DNA of 63,205 nt, counting the filler. It is 8 parts of 8 records of this genome, joined end to end, with 100 filler letters (N's around TTAATTAATTAA, not from the genome) between each part and the next. Parts side by side here need not be neighbours in the genome. Positions count along the whole stretch, not along the records: positions 19,189 to 25,101 come from SRR31147125_24361; positions 25,202 to 32,096 come from SRR31147125_24367; positions 32,197 to 39,629 come from SRR31147125_24370; 5 more parts are not named here. The stretch is one strand, 5' to 3'. A program made the translations under genes and the position numbers. Within the stretch, counting starts at the first letter, position 1. Every line of letters starts with the position of its first letter. Below are positions 24,839 through 35,598 of this stretch, one piece after another. Below the pieces are notes generated by a model. It worked only from the letters and a program-made list of their open reading frames with translations. It was not told the DNA's origin and searched no databases.

Positions 24839-24870
24839 AAAAAAAAAGCGCCCCGGCGAACCGGGGCGCT
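24839..24870 (-). terminator. Rho-independent terminator of the cytochrome c3 gene
   Basis: AGCGCCCCGG-ttcg-CCGGGGCGCT followed by a T-run on the minus strand. Confidence 0.9.
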
Positions 24871-24896
24871 ATGGGTTGTGCTATTTGGTTATCAGC

Positions 24897-25101
24897 CTAA
24901 CGGATGCCGTCGGGATGGCAGGCTGAACTTGCGCAGCCGGTCATGTCCTTGTCGTCGGCGCCGAACTCCGTGGTGTGGCAGTCCAGGCAGGAGGGCCTGG
25001 GGGCATTGGGAGCATATCGGATCTTGTGCATGGCCTTGAAGTAACTCTTATAGCCCTCAAGATCGTCGGGACTGAAGTTATCATGGCAGGAGGCGCAGCT
25101 C
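24897..25101 (-). CDS. Class III (c3-type) multiheme cytochrome, 3' part; not in the ORF track
   Basis: Hand translation SCASCHDNF...KAMH...SCLDCHTT...TGCASSACHPDGIR* gives two CxxCH motifs and one CxxxxCH. Confidence 0.88.
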
Positions 25102-25201
25102 NNNNNNNNNNNNNNNNNNNNNNNNNNNNNNNNNNNNNNNNNNNNTTAATTAATTAANNNNNNNNNNNNNNNNNNNNNNNNNNNNNNNNNNNNNNNNNNN
25201 N

Positions 25202-25479
25202 CCCCGGATCGCCCGGACCAACGGGACCCCGGACGAGTTCAACGTATACATCTGCCGACAAAACAAAATCAGGTCATCAAGGGAAACCTTTTTCTTACGG
25301 GAGGACGGCAAGTACTTACCAAGATCAAGCGATTCCTTTTCTGTGATTTCAGTGATACTGATCGGGATTGCGTTACTGGCCTGAAACTGACTGGCCAAAG
25401 CTTCCGCAGTGAAGGACTCGGCTTTCCCTTCAACAAGGTTCCCGCCGGCATCTCTGATTTTGTACTGAAACAGTGGCAT
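25202..25479 (-). CDS. mshG: MSHA/T2SS-F family platform protein, 3' truncated
   Basis: MPLFQYKIRD..G; DLILFCRQMYTLNSSGVPL; follows mshE. Confidence 0.85.
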
Positions 25480-25484
25480 AAACG

Positions 25485-27284
25485 TTATCCGCTATGATCC
25501 TGCATTTCTTCGTCCTTATCTTCACCCACATCGACACCAGCAACCAACTGCAGGCTTTCATCGACCTCACCGGCAACACGCAACACTTCATCCATGCTGG
25601 TTACACCCTCGAGAGCAAGCACCAGGGCACTGTCGGCCAAGCTGACAAAGCTGGGCAGTTCTTGGGCGATACGTGCAAACGCGGCACTGTCGTTGCGACG
25701 CAATGCGTCCGCCAAATCAAAGTTAATCTCCAACAGCTCAAAAATACCGATCCAGCCGCTGTATCCCGTATTATTACAGGCTGGACAGCCTCGTCCTTTT
25801 TTGAACCCAGACTGATCCGACCAATCCACTCGACCGCTGTAGCTCTGTAACCAGCTTTTCTCACCGGTATCTAGATCATCTTGCTGACAACAGCTTTCGC
25901 AATTTTTCCGAACGAGGCGCTGTGCCAGGACGGCCCGTAAGGAACTGGCAACGACGTAGCCCTCTGTCCCCATCTCAACCAGACGCAACGCGGTACTGAT
26001 CGAATCATTCGTATGCAAAGTCGAGAGAACCAGGTGTCCGGTCATCGCTGCACGCAGAGCGATATCACTGGTCTCTTTGTCGCGCATCTCGCCAACCATG
26101 ACGATATCCGGATCCTGACGCAGTGACGCACGCAGGACCCGCGCGAAATCCAATCCAATCCTCGGATGGACTTGAACCTGATTGATCCTCGGCAGACGGT
26201 ACTCAACCGGATCTTCGACGGTGATAATCTTCTTTTCTTCACTGTTCAGTTCATTCAGGGCACCATAGAGGGTCGTCGTTTTACCACTCCCGGTTGGACC
26301 TGTAACCAGAACCAATCCATGGGGCTGATGCAACTGCTGTCGAAAACGCTTTAGAAGAGCTGGCGACATACCGACCTGCTCCAACTGAAGAATGCCGCTC
26401 GACTGATCGAGTAGACGCATAACAACAGACTCACCATGCTGGAGCGGCATCGTAGACAAACGGATATCGACACTACGCCCTTTTACCCTGACGTTGAAAC
26501 GTCCATCCTGAGGCAAACGTCGCTCCGAAATGTCCAGTCCACAAACAAGCTTCAATCGTGACACCAAGGCCGAGGCGATCCTTCTCTCCTTCATGATCTG
26601 TTCATGAAGAACGCCATCCACCCGCTGCCGGATGCGTAACACTTTCTCATCCGGTTCAATATGGATATCGGAAGCTCCGACCTGGACCGCATCTTCAAAC
26701 AGTGATTTCAAAAGCCGCACGACGGGAGCGTCTTCAACATCCGTTTCCGTCAGCAACTGTTCAAGGTTGGCATCGCCCTGATACAGCTCCTCACCCAGTT
26801 CCTCAGCAATCGTGACAATTTCCTGGGTTCTGCGATAAACAGTATCCAGTGCCTTTAACAGTTCATTCTCATAGACGACGGCCAGATTGATCTTTTTATC
26901 GAGAATCTTACTGAGTTCGTCGTAGGCATAAATGTCAGTAGGATCGGCAACACCGACCAAAAGCTGGTTGTCCTCCTGGTTTAAAACGATGGCTCGAAAA
27001 CGACGTGCCGCGGTCTCCGGCAACAAACGAACGGTTTCCGGCTTGTAGTTATAATGCTTCAAATCGATGAACGGGAGGTTCAGCTGATCGGCGAGAAACT
27101 GATGTAGCTGCTGCGACGTGACGAGTCCCAGAGAAATCAGTGTGTTGCCCAGCTTACTCCCGGTTTTTTTCTGAGCCGCCAAGGCACTCATCAACTGTTC
27201 TTCAGTGATGATCTGATTTTTAACCAGCAATTCACCAATACGGATCTTCTGGCGTGGTCCTGGTTTATGTTCAATCGCCATCAA
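25485..27284 (-). CDS. mshE: MSHA assembly ATPase (GspE/PilB family) with N-terminal MshEN c-di-GMP-binding domain
   Basis: RIGELLV...QL..AL..Q...KLGNTL; GPTGSGKTT; LRQDPD; STLHTND. Confidence 0.93.
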   Translation of the reverse strand: MMAIEHKPGPRQKIRIGELLVKNQIITEEQLMSALAAQKKTGSKLGNTLISLGLVTSQQLHQFLADQLNLPFIDLKHYNYKPETVRLLPETAARRFRAIVLNQEDNQLLVGVADPTDIYAYDELSKILDKKINLAVVYENELLKALDTVYRRTQEIVTIAEELGEELYQGDANLEQLLTETDVEDAPVVRLLKSLFEDAVQVGASDIHIEPDEKVLRIRQRVDGVLHEQIMKERRIASALVSRLKLVCGLDISERRLPQDGRFNVRVKGRSVDIRLSTMPLQHGESVVMRLLDQSSGILQLEQVGMSPALLKRFRQQLHQPHGLVLVTGPTGSGKTTTLYGALNELNSEEKKIITVEDPVEYRLPRINQVQVHPRIGLDFARVLRASLRQDPDIVMVGEMRDKETSDIALRAAMTGHLVLSTLHTNDSISTALRLVEMGTEGYVVASSLRAVLAQRLVRKNCESCCQQDDLDTGEKSWLQSYSGRVDWSDQSGFKKGRGCPACNNTGYSGWIGIFELLEINFDLADALRRNDSAAFARIAQELPSFVSLADSALVLALEGVTSMDEVLRVAGEVDESLQLVAGVDVGEDKDEEMQDHSG

Positions 27285-27335
27285 AAGCTCCTCTGCTCAC
27301 GCAGTCTTTGCATACTGCTCAACACATCAAATCCC

Positions 27336-28730
27336 TTACAACACATTAAGCCGACTTTGAATATAAGATTGCGCGTCCTGACTCAACCCCTGATAGGACA
27401 ATGCTTTCTCATAAGCAGCTCGCGCTTCGGAAAGGTCCCCCGTTTGATCTCGGGCGATACCAAGCCCCATCCACCAGAGCGGCTGGCTCGGCTGGACCTC
27501 CAAAAGCTTTGTGTACATCCGTCCGGCATCCGAATATTGTTCGGTTTCCTGATACAACGCAGCAATCAACGCGTAGTATTCGAGGTCGACTGTCAATACC
27601 GGTGCCGACGAATGTTGAAGAACCCTCAGAGCGTCTTCAGCACGGTTCTGGTCAAACAGCATCCGGGCATAATACTTTTTCAATGCCGCATTCTCTGGAT
27701 TTAACAGCATTCCTTGCGACAACGTCAAATCCGCTTCGGCAATATCTCCGTTGCGAACAAAAAATGCCGCTAATTGCACACGCGCTTCGGACAGCTCTGG
27801 GTTGAGCTCAAGAGCCTCTCTAAACAAAGCCAGTGCCTCCTGATCTCTTTGCTCCGAAAGTTTTTCTACCCCCGCGACGTAGGCAGCAACATCCGGGGCG
27901 ACCTGCGGTTGTTGTTTCTTGATCGAAGCTTCTGCCTCAACTTTTAGAGCCTGCTGCTCTGTTTTTTGCTGTTGCGTTGCGACCATGTTTAAATCGACGA
28001 CTTCTCCATCCGGGACAATCCGGGAGGGCTGTTCACTGGCAACACTGTGATTGGCCGAAAGCTGAATGACCATCTGTGCGGTAGCACCTTCATTCGCAAT
28101 AACCTGAAATCCCTGAACCTGCGCCTGTGAATTCAGATCAACCAGCATTTGCAGGTTTTCCTGGCGTGGCAGAAAACTGATTCGCTCGACAAATTTACCA
28201 GTCAGGTCGGGAACTTCAAATTCTCCCCCGAGTTGAACATGTCGAAAGCTGACAACCAGCTGAGCAGGCCCACTGCCATCCTGTAATACTTGATATTCCG
28301 GCATCTCGTCAAAAGCCAGACGGACGGTTTCACTGCCTTCATTCTCGTCAATCGTGAGTGTCGAAAGCACTTTTCCCACAGACGCCAGCGCCCGACTCTC
28401 CAGAGGGGAAGATTCACCTTCTACAGATAGCTGCCTCTGAGCTACAGGCTCCTTCGGCAGGATCAACGGAGGCAAATCCCGCATAACCTGTTCAGTTGTG
28501 GGAGAAGGTAATGCAACAGTCACTTCCGGGCCCCCCACATCGCTTTTCAAGTAGTACAGCCCCAGCGCGATGACCGACATAAATATTAAGACAATCACAA
28601 CCATCCAGCTACGATTCAGGCCAGGCTTTTTTGACACCCCCGTTATTGAAACCTGATTTTCTCCTGTGCCTGAATTATCCGCATTTGACCGTGATTCAAG
28701 GTCTCGGAGCATGTCATTAATGAGGCTCAT
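27336..28730 (-). CDS. mshN: MshN-like TPR protein
   Basis: MSLINDMLRDLE start, TM segment, C-terminal TPRs with WWMGLGIA. Confidence 0.82.
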   Translation of the reverse strand: MSLINDMLRDLESRSNADNSGTGENQVSITGVSKKPGLNRSWMVVIVLIFMSVIALGLYYLKSDVGGPEVTVALPSPTTEQVMRDLPPLILPKEPVAQRQLSVEGESSPLESRALASVGKVLSTLTIDENEGSETVRLAFDEMPEYQVLQDGSGPAQLVVSFRHVQLGGEFEVPDLTGKFVERISFLPRQENLQMLVDLNSQAQVQGFQVIANEGATAQMVIQLSANHSVASEQPSRIVPDGEVVDLNMVATQQQKTEQQALKVEAEASIKKQQPQVAPDVAAYVAGVEKLSEQRDQEALALFREALELNPELSEARVQLAAFFVRNGDIAEADLTLSQGMLLNPENAALKKYYARMLFDQNRAEDALRVLQHSSAPVLTVDLEYYALIAALYQETEQYSDAGRMYTKLLEVQPSQPLWWMGLGIARDQTGDLSEARAAYEKALSYQGLSQDAQSYIQSRLNVL

Positions 28731-29634
28731 AACAACAGTCCCCACAAAACGAGGGTTGTCATGGCGATGAGCATGACCATCCCAAGCTCAAAAGCATACG
28801 GTTTAAGCTGAAATTGCTTTTCCGATGGCAGTCCTGTGGTGTCTTCAACAGCAGCCATGACCATCGCACGAGTAACTCTATATTTGCCTTTACCAAAAGC
28901 AACCAGTAAAGCTTTATGGGCAAGCAAGTTAATTATCCGGGGAACACCTCGACTCGCTTTGAAAAGCAGCCCGGTCGCAGCGGAAGAAAACAATTCCGGT
29001 CCTTCGTAACCGGCGACTTTCAAGCGATGACTCAAGTATGGAGCTATTTCCTTTTTATTCAGAGTTGGAAGCTTGTACGAAAATGTGATTCTCTGTCGAA
29101 GTTGACGCAAACTATGCTGCTGTAACCGCTGTTCAAACTCGGGCTGCGCAAAAAAGAAAATATGGAGAAGTTTCTCTTTCTCTGTCTCCAGATTGCTTAA
29201 GAGACGGATTGCTTCAAGGCTACGATGTGGCATGGCCTGAGCTTCGTCTATCAACATCACTACAGGGCGCCGTTTTTCCTTCAGGCACACAAGCTCAGAA
29301 AATATTTTCTGCGTGAGCTGTTGAACCGAATTATCGGGGGAGAGTTCCAGGCGTAACTCCTGAGCGATGGCCTGATAAAGTTCGACCGGAGTTAGCAACG
29401 GGTTCGGCAGGTAGACAGTTTCACAGTCCTCATCTAGCAAAGAGAGCATCTGACGGCATAGCAGCGTTTTCCCGGTTCCAACTTCACCGGTGACACGGAC
29501 AAACCCTTCGCCGTTACGCAGGGCAACTAGCATGACGTTCATAGCCTGCTGATGTCCACTATAGCGGTAAAAATATTCCGTATCAGGCGTCAGAGAAAAG
29601 GCTTCTCCCGGAGGCCAAATAACTGCTCGTACAT
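28727..29634 (-). CDS. mshM: MshM/ExeA-family AAA ATPase; frameshift near 29597
   Basis: MYEQLFGLREKPF(S)LTPD, then GEVGTGKT, IDEAQ, GVPRIIN. Confidence 0.88.
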
Positions 29635-29657
29635 ACCGTCTTCAATCTCCAATCAGA

Positions 29658-31376
29658 CTAAAATGGACGCCAGTTATTCTGGAGTTGCGGGGTCAGATTG
29701 TTCAGCCGCTGGCGTGTATCATCCAAGCTCTGCTTCCAGTCTGCAGGACTACCAATCACCTGGGGACGAAGCAGAATAACAAGCTCACTTTTGGTTGAAC
29801 TTGACTTGCTGTGACGAAATAAGGCACCGATCCCTGGGAGATCGCTTAACACGGGAATCCCACTTTCATCCTTTGATGTGTTTTCCTGCATCAATCCACC
29901 GATCACAACGAGCTGACCACTACGAGCATGAACAACACTGTCCGATTCCCGAACAGTACTGTACGCGACTGGAATTGTCTGATTGACACCGAACACATTG
30001 ATTTGCTTGTTTTGATCGACAACTTCGCTGACTGTCGGGTGGATGTGCAGAGTAACTTGCCCCTGCCTATCGATCTGTGGTGTCACATCGAGAGCAATGC
30101 CTGAGAAAAATGGGGTCAAAGTGATATCGGTTGAGCTTGTCGTTGTTGTCCCCGTGTTGGTGTCACTGGAAATATCCGTCACAAAGAACTCGTCAGAACC
30201 GACCTTGATAACTGCCTTCTGATTGTTGACGGTTGAAATTCTCGGACTGGACAAGACCTGGACATCTCCCTGACTTTCCAACATTTCGACAAAAGCCTGG
30301 AAATCATTGAAATTAAGCGCCAGGCTGAAAACACCGCCAAAAGCCATGGCATCCAAGCTGTCCGGCAACAACTGTCCGGGGGTTAAACTTCCTAAATTCC
30401 CAGCACTTTCAGACAGGCCTGAGTTAAATACCGTCCCCCCACCGCTCTGACCGAACAGAGCGCTCTTTCCAGAGCTTGTCTCTGCGAGCGCCGCCCAGTT
30501 GATTCCACTCTGGAAGCCATCAGCCAGACGAACTTCTATAACTTTGGCTTCAATGACCACCTGACGTTGAAGGTTGCTTTGTATGGTCTTCAAGTATCCT
30601 TCAACCAGCCGCAGTTCATCAGGCATCGCGACCACCACGATCACGCTCGCTTGAGGCTGAACAATAACCTTTCGCCCTCCTTCTGTCCCGATTAAAGTCT
30701 GAACAGCACCACGCAATTCTGTCCAGAAATCCGCCGTTGATTCCGTATCAATGCGACTCCCGGAGACAATCCCCTCAGACGCACCAGTGCTACCACCGTC
30801 ATCATCACTACCTTCGACCTGTGTCACCTGGCCTGAGCTGACCCGCGTCTGGGAAACACCTTTGCGAACCAGGTTAAGATAGTTCACCTGAAACGTTCTT
30901 GCCTGCATAGCCGCCGGCATCACCTGAAAAACGCGTCCTGTCCTGGAATAAGGATATCCATAAACATTCCGGATTACGGCCATGACTTCCTCAACCGTTG
31001 TCCCTTTCAGATCGATACTGATTTTCCCCTCAACTCCAGGATGAACGACCATATTGAACGGACTTCCGTCAACCAAGCCCATGAAAAAGTCACGTGCCTC
31101 CACCTGATTTGCAGCGATGTCAAACCGCGCAGAGTCCTCTCCCTTTGACTGATGAGTAAAAGGTTGAGGAGAAGGCATCAGGGCCGAACGGATTTCAGGC
31201 GGCGGGGCTGGTGCCTTCGTCTCAATGGGAGAAGAAGGTTCTTCCGCGATTGATTCAGCAATCGTATCTGCGGGAGTTCCATTCCTCGGCACAGGCGCAC
31301 ATGCCGCAGAGAGAATAAGGATCAAAAACAATCCATTCAAAACATTCAGGATGCGACAAGATAATATCAACTTCAC
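29658..31376 (-). CDS. mshL: MSHA secretin
   Basis: Lipobox LSAAC; QVVIEAKVIEV; LSSPRISTVNNQKAVIKVG; TPFFSGIALDVTPQI. Confidence 0.92.
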   Translation of the reverse strand: MKLILSCRILNVLNGLFLILILSAACAPVPRNGTPADTIAESIAEEPSSPIETKAPAPPPEIRSALMPSPQPFTHQSKGEDSARFDIAANQVEARDFFMGLVDGSPFNMVVHPGVEGKISIDLKGTTVEEVMAVIRNVYGYPYSRTGRVFQVMPAAMQARTFQVNYLNLVRKGVSQTRVSSGQVTQVEGSDDDGGSTGASEGIVSGSRIDTESTADFWTELRGAVQTLIGTEGGRKVIVQPQASVIVVVAMPDELRLVEGYLKTIQSNLQRQVVIEAKVIEVRLADGFQSGINWAALAETSSGKSALFGQSGGGTVFNSGLSESAGNLGSLTPGQLLPDSLDAMAFGGVFSLALNFNDFQAFVEMLESQGDVQVLSSPRISTVNNQKAVIKVGSDEFFVTDISSDTNTGTTTTSSTDITLTPFFSGIALDVTPQIDRQGQVTLHIHPTVSEVVDQNKQINVFGVNQTIPVAYSTVRESDSVVHARSGQLVVIGGLMQENTSKDESGIPVLSDLPGIGALFRHSKSSSTKSELVILLRPQVIGSPADWKQSLDDTRQRLNNLTPQLQNNWRPF

Positions 31377-31413
31377 TTCGATCTCCTGTATATAACCCAA
31401 CATTGACAAATGA

Positions 31414-31779
31414 CTATTTCTTGACCAATCCAGTGACGGCACGCTTCAAAACAATTTTCTCGACCCCTTTTTTCAGCAGTACCCGGTCTTTCCGGATCTC
31501 CATCACCTTAAAACCTTCAAACATCTCACCGACCATCAACGATTGGCCATTAACCACCGCGACAGATCTTTTCTCAGACGTTAAAACAGCAGTCAGTTTC
31601 CACAATTGCAGATTGACACTTGGTGCTTTCGATACTGTCTGCGGAACAGTTGCTGCGATGCTACGCGGTGGTTTCATAGGATCCGTAAGCGAATCCGCCT
31701 GCTGCGAAAAAACAGAACCACTGAAAAACAGCGTCAGAGCAATGCCACAAACGGCGATGCGTCGATATGCTTTACCCAC
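31414..31779 (-). CDS. mshK: MshK-like protein
   Basis: Signal peptide, LTDPMKPP, AVVNGQ..VGE; lies between mshJ and mshL. Confidence 0.75.
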   Translation of the reverse strand: MGKAYRRIAVCGIALTLFFSGSVFSQQADSLTDPMKPPRSIAATVPQTVSKAPSVNLQLWKLTAVLTSEKRSVAVVNGQSLMVGEMFEGFKVMEIRKDRVLLKKGVEKIVLKRAVTGLVKK

Positions 31780-32096
31780 CGATCCAATCCTCCGTCAGGC
31801 TTAGAGTAGACACCTGCATGCGCACGGTTGACGCAGGGTATTCGTTGCTTTCGATCTCAACCTCCTCAAGAATAATTCCTTTGGGGAGAGTCTCAAGCTG
31901 TCGTAAATAAGTCAGAAGAGTGAGATAGTCTCCAGAAAATTCCATCAGCAGAGAATGTCGATAAAGATTCGGGCCAACCGAATCCGTTTCGACATTTGAA
32001 TCAAAGTGGATACGCTCTGGTGCCAGATTCTCCAGACGCACCAGACTCAAGCGATTTTGACGTGTCAACAACGCCTTCAATAACTCGGACATCTCC
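31772..32096 (-). CDS. mshJ: MshJ-like protein, 3' part
   Basis: LYRHSL..EFSGDY..LL.YL..LE.LP...YP...TLSL.EDWIGG; operon position. Confidence 0.75.
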
Positions 32097-32267
32097 NNNN
32101 NNNNNNNNNNNNNNNNNNNNNNNNNNNNNNNNNNNNNNNNTTAATTAATTAANNNNNNNNNNNNNNNNNNNNNNNNNNNNNNNNNNNNNNNNNNNNAAAA
32201 GTAAATAAATTAATTAAATCCATCTGAACGATGCATCGACAGATGGCTAATGAGACGACGAAAAGTG

Positions 32268-34400
32268 TCAGAACGACACATTCATCGCCACACCAAAAGT
32301 ACGGTCAGTCATGGGATATCCCCTACTGTTGGAATATTCTTCATCCAGCAGATTATTGACGTAAAGTTTTAAGGTTCCTTTCTTGAACTGGTGCCAATTG
32401 GTAAAGAGCACCTGCTCTACAGCGATGTCGAACAGGCTGTAATCATCAACACTTACCTCCTTGACATAGAGATTGCTGGGGTCGTCGTCGATCATCTCGA
32501 TGACCTGTTGAGTCTGTTCGGATTGGTATTTGTAATCCAGAAGCAGAAGGGTGTTGTCGAACAAACGATATCGAATCCCGGCATTGAGACGATGTTTGGC
32601 TCGGTCACTCAAATCCGCGTCGGCCCACTCCTCAGGCCCACCGTTATGGGGACCTTCGTATTTCCACTCATTGAAGGCATAACTGGCGTAAAACTCCGTG
32701 GTGCTGCCCAAAAACCCTTTGATTTCAATATCTACGCCATCTTTTCGAACATCTTCGAGGGAGACCATGCGGCGTCCCCAGAGCGCCTCTTTGAAATAGT
32801 CTGTGGCAGCATTGGCCCAGATGGGGTATCTCTCGAAATCGTAATGGGAGAAATCGATGTTGAAAAAGATATTCTTCAGCAGTTTCCCGGAGAAGATGAG
32901 ATCGTATCCCATTCCTTCGGCCGGATCCATCTCTACGCCGGACCCCCAGGTGCAAACTTCGCAAAAACTTCGAGGACTCCAAATCTTGCTGGCACCAAGT
33001 GACAAAGACATCCCTTTAAACCGGGGGGACATCTGCTCCATCTGCCAGGTGAGAAGGGACTTGGGTACCAGTTGATTGTAATCCCGCTTCACCTCTTTTT
33101 CAGGACGGGACGGATCTTTGTATGCCCCTTCGGGATAGGTGGACGAGGGACTCCACCAGTTGTTCCACCAGATGCTGGTGTTCTCATAGCGAAGGCCTGC
33201 CGTCCATGTTAGAAATTCCATGATATCCCATTCATCCTGAACGAACGCTGCCGTGGTATCCACCACTTCCTGAGTATACTTGCTGTAAAGGTTGGCGGTG
33301 TCGAGACCGGTAGTGACGGTGTGGGAATCTAAGAGTTCGATTTCATGCTTGAACATCCCGCCGTAGGAGACGTAGTTGGTGGTGTACCGGCTGTAATCGT
33401 ACCCTTCCCTGAAATACTCCTGATCCTCGTCCGTATAATAAGCCTCAAGTGAAAATTTTCCCATGGACGACGGCTGCTGCAAATCGAACCGAATGGTGTG
33501 TCCACCGTAATCGCGTTTTGAGTGCTCTTCCGGATTTTGCCATCTGGCCGACACATCTCCGGTTTCGACAATGGGGTAATCGCCGTCGTAATCGCTCCGG
33601 GCCGGATCGTTGGCAGCGGGAATCTCCCTGGAGATGTCGCTGTAGCTTCCCATAAGACGAATATAGCCGCCGGAAGGGAGTTTTCCCGAAATCCGACCGG
33701 TCAACGTATCGATATCCGCGCTGTTGTTTCGAAGGTAGCCATCGGTATGGTATCGCTCATAGGAAAATCCCATATTGATATTCTTCACCCCGCCGCTGGC
33801 CTCCACCATTTGACTGTTCGTATTGTATGAGCGGTAACTCGCTGAAACGCTCCCGTCCAAAGTGGGCTCTTCAAAGAATTTCGGAGTTTTGGTTTTGAAG
33901 TTGACCACCCCCCCGAAACTCTTGCCGTCGTAAAGCGAGGAATGGGGTCCGGCGATAATCTCGATACTCTCAACAATGGAGTAAGGGATAATGCCGAAAT
34001 CAACGTAATGATCTCCCCAGTATCCACCCGTTTTTTGAATGACGAGCCCATCCACGGACGTCAGAAACTGTCGGGTACTGAATCCTCTCATCTGAATCAC
34101 GTCATCGGCCGGAACCAAGTCACTCTGGGCCCGAAAATCAATGATGGCACGATCCTTGAGGATATCCAGAATACTCGTGGTGTGAGATGCCATGTTGTAA
34201 TCTTCCATGAACACCTCGGTCTTGAGGGGGCTGAGTTCGACGCGCGTGCCGGTCACATGTATCTCGTCCAGTCGGAGGGCCGTATCCGATTGTGTTTCTG
34301 ATCCGTCCTCCGACGCTGTTTCATCACACAGAGCACTACCTACGAAAATCCATCCTGTCAGCATGAAAAACACCATCATGCCAAGCCACTTCTTTTTCAT
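32268..34400 (-). CDS. TonB-dependent outer-membrane receptor
   Basis: Signal peptide, TonB box LDEIHVTG, plug IEIIAGPHSSLY...GGVVN, C-terminal NLLDEEY...VSF. Confidence 0.93.
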   Translation of the reverse strand: MKKKWLGMMVFFMLTGWIFVGSALCDETASEDGSETQSDTALRLDEIHVTGTRVELSPLKTEVFMEDYNMASHTTSILDILKDRAIIDFRAQSDLVPADDVIQMRGFSTRQFLTSVDGLVIQKTGGYWGDHYVDFGIIPYSIVESIEIIAGPHSSLYDGKSFGGVVNFKTKTPKFFEEPTLDGSVSASYRSYNTNSQMVEASGGVKNINMGFSYERYHTDGYLRNNSADIDTLTGRISGKLPSGGYIRLMGSYSDISREIPAANDPARSDYDGDYPIVETGDVSARWQNPEEHSKRDYGGHTIRFDLQQPSSMGKFSLEAYYTDEDQEYFREGYDYSRYTTNYVSYGGMFKHEIELLDSHTVTTGLDTANLYSKYTQEVVDTTAAFVQDEWDIMEFLTWTAGLRYENTSIWWNNWWSPSSTYPEGAYKDPSRPEKEVKRDYNQLVPKSLLTWQMEQMSPRFKGMSLSLGASKIWSPRSFCEVCTWGSGVEMDPAEGMGYDLIFSGKLLKNIFFNIDFSHYDFERYPIWANAATDYFKEALWGRRMVSLEDVRKDGVDIEIKGFLGSTTEFYASYAFNEWKYEGPHNGGPEEWADADLSDRAKHRLNAGIRYRLFDNTLLLLDYKYQSEQTQQVIEMIDDDPSNLYVKEVSVDDYSLFDIAVEQVLFTNWHQFKKGTLKLYVNNLLDEEYSNSRGYPMTDRTFGVAMNVSF

Positions 34401-34542
34401 CTTCCTCTCCTTGAATTTTTCATTCCTTTTCTCTCTATTGTTCTATTCACCATATCCTAGTAACGATCAAAGACCGTCGATCATCCCAAATGTTTCCTTT
34501 CCTTCGATTTCAGCATCCCCTTGCGTTTATCATGATGATTAC

Positions 34543-34602
34543 AAAAAAAAAGCCACGAAAAACACCCAGAGTCATTGCTCTGTTGGATGCCTTCGTGGCT
34601 TT
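34543..34602 (-). terminator. Terminator-like hairpin in the 5' leader of the TonB receptor gene (possible attenuator)
   Basis: Minus strand AAAGCCACGAAGGCATCC-aa-CAGAG-caatga-CTCTG-GGTGTTTTTCGTGGC followed by T9. Confidence 0.7.
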
Positions 34603-35163
34603 TAATAAATTGTTTTTGGTCCATGAAAACAATTTACTGTTTTCATGGGTTGGAGATAGCCGCTATGCAGCCTTCATCCAAAAATTGATGTTCAATCAAT
34701 GCAACCGTTATTTTTGATGAAAATCCATCCCTATGACAAATTTTCGATTTTTTACATCATCTTCTTGATGATAGAATTCATCTCTCATAATCCAATCGTA
34801 TTCCCCTTGTCAATTCTTTTCTAACAACAAATTGCCGTCTCTTCTTGTCAGCATATGGAGAACGCCACACCGCCATGTTGCATTTTTAAAACAATCGTAA
34901 ACAATCCAGGCTGGTGACAATCTTCAAAACTCATGGATTCATATCTCTATACACGTCCCTAAGATTTTAAAGACGTCAATATGTAAGACCTTATTACCGC
35001 AACCACAAAAAAGTTATTTAAAAAATTTATTGACATGTTTTAAACTCATATAGTAATCCAAAGATCAAAATATCAATACTTAAAACATACTTATGTATTT
35101 TTTAAACATACAACCACAAATTAAAAGAATCCAATAAACTGTATTCTCGGTTGAAAAGACTCA

Positions 35164-35598
35164 AAAAAAGGAAGTCGCACGCCCCAAACAAACTTTTCGG
35201 CATCATTCGGAGACTACGGCACGTCAACCTATTCGTTAAGCCACGGGGGCCGTTCCGGCAATTTCAATTACTGGGTGGCGGGAGGGTATCAAACCTCCGA
35301 CGGATTCAGATTATCCGGTGATTTCGACCCGAACGATCCCAATGTCGGTATCGGCACCTCCTACAACGAAGACGGCGGAAAAAGGGATTTAAGTTACTAC
35401 GACAAGAAAAATTTCGACATGAAATTGGGTTTTGATCCCGGAACAGGGACAAATCTATATCTATCCTTCGATTATGTGAACAACGACAGAGGCATGCCGA
35501 CCTTCTTCAATCGCTACTGGGAGTACCGCAAATGGGAGCAGTGGCAACGTAGGGATCATTCCCCTCCAAATGATGAAATTCGGTATCGAAAAAAATAG
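35164..35598 (+). pseudogene. Internal fragment of a second TonB-dependent receptor
   Basis: KKGSRTPQTNFSASFGDYGTSTYSLSHGGRSGNFNYWVAGGYQTSDGFRLS looks like the first barrel strands; no signal peptide, plug or C-terminus; in-frame TGA just upstream. Confidence 0.72.

Noticed and set aside
32220-32246. Palindrome CCATCTG..CGATGCATCG.CAGATGG after the receptor gene
   Set aside because: Single copy at a contig edge; probably an ordinary 3' stem-loop.
34400-35100. Cobalamin riboswitch or NikR/Fur box upstream of the TonB receptor
   Set aside because: No B12-box motifs or convincing operator palindrome could be found by eye.
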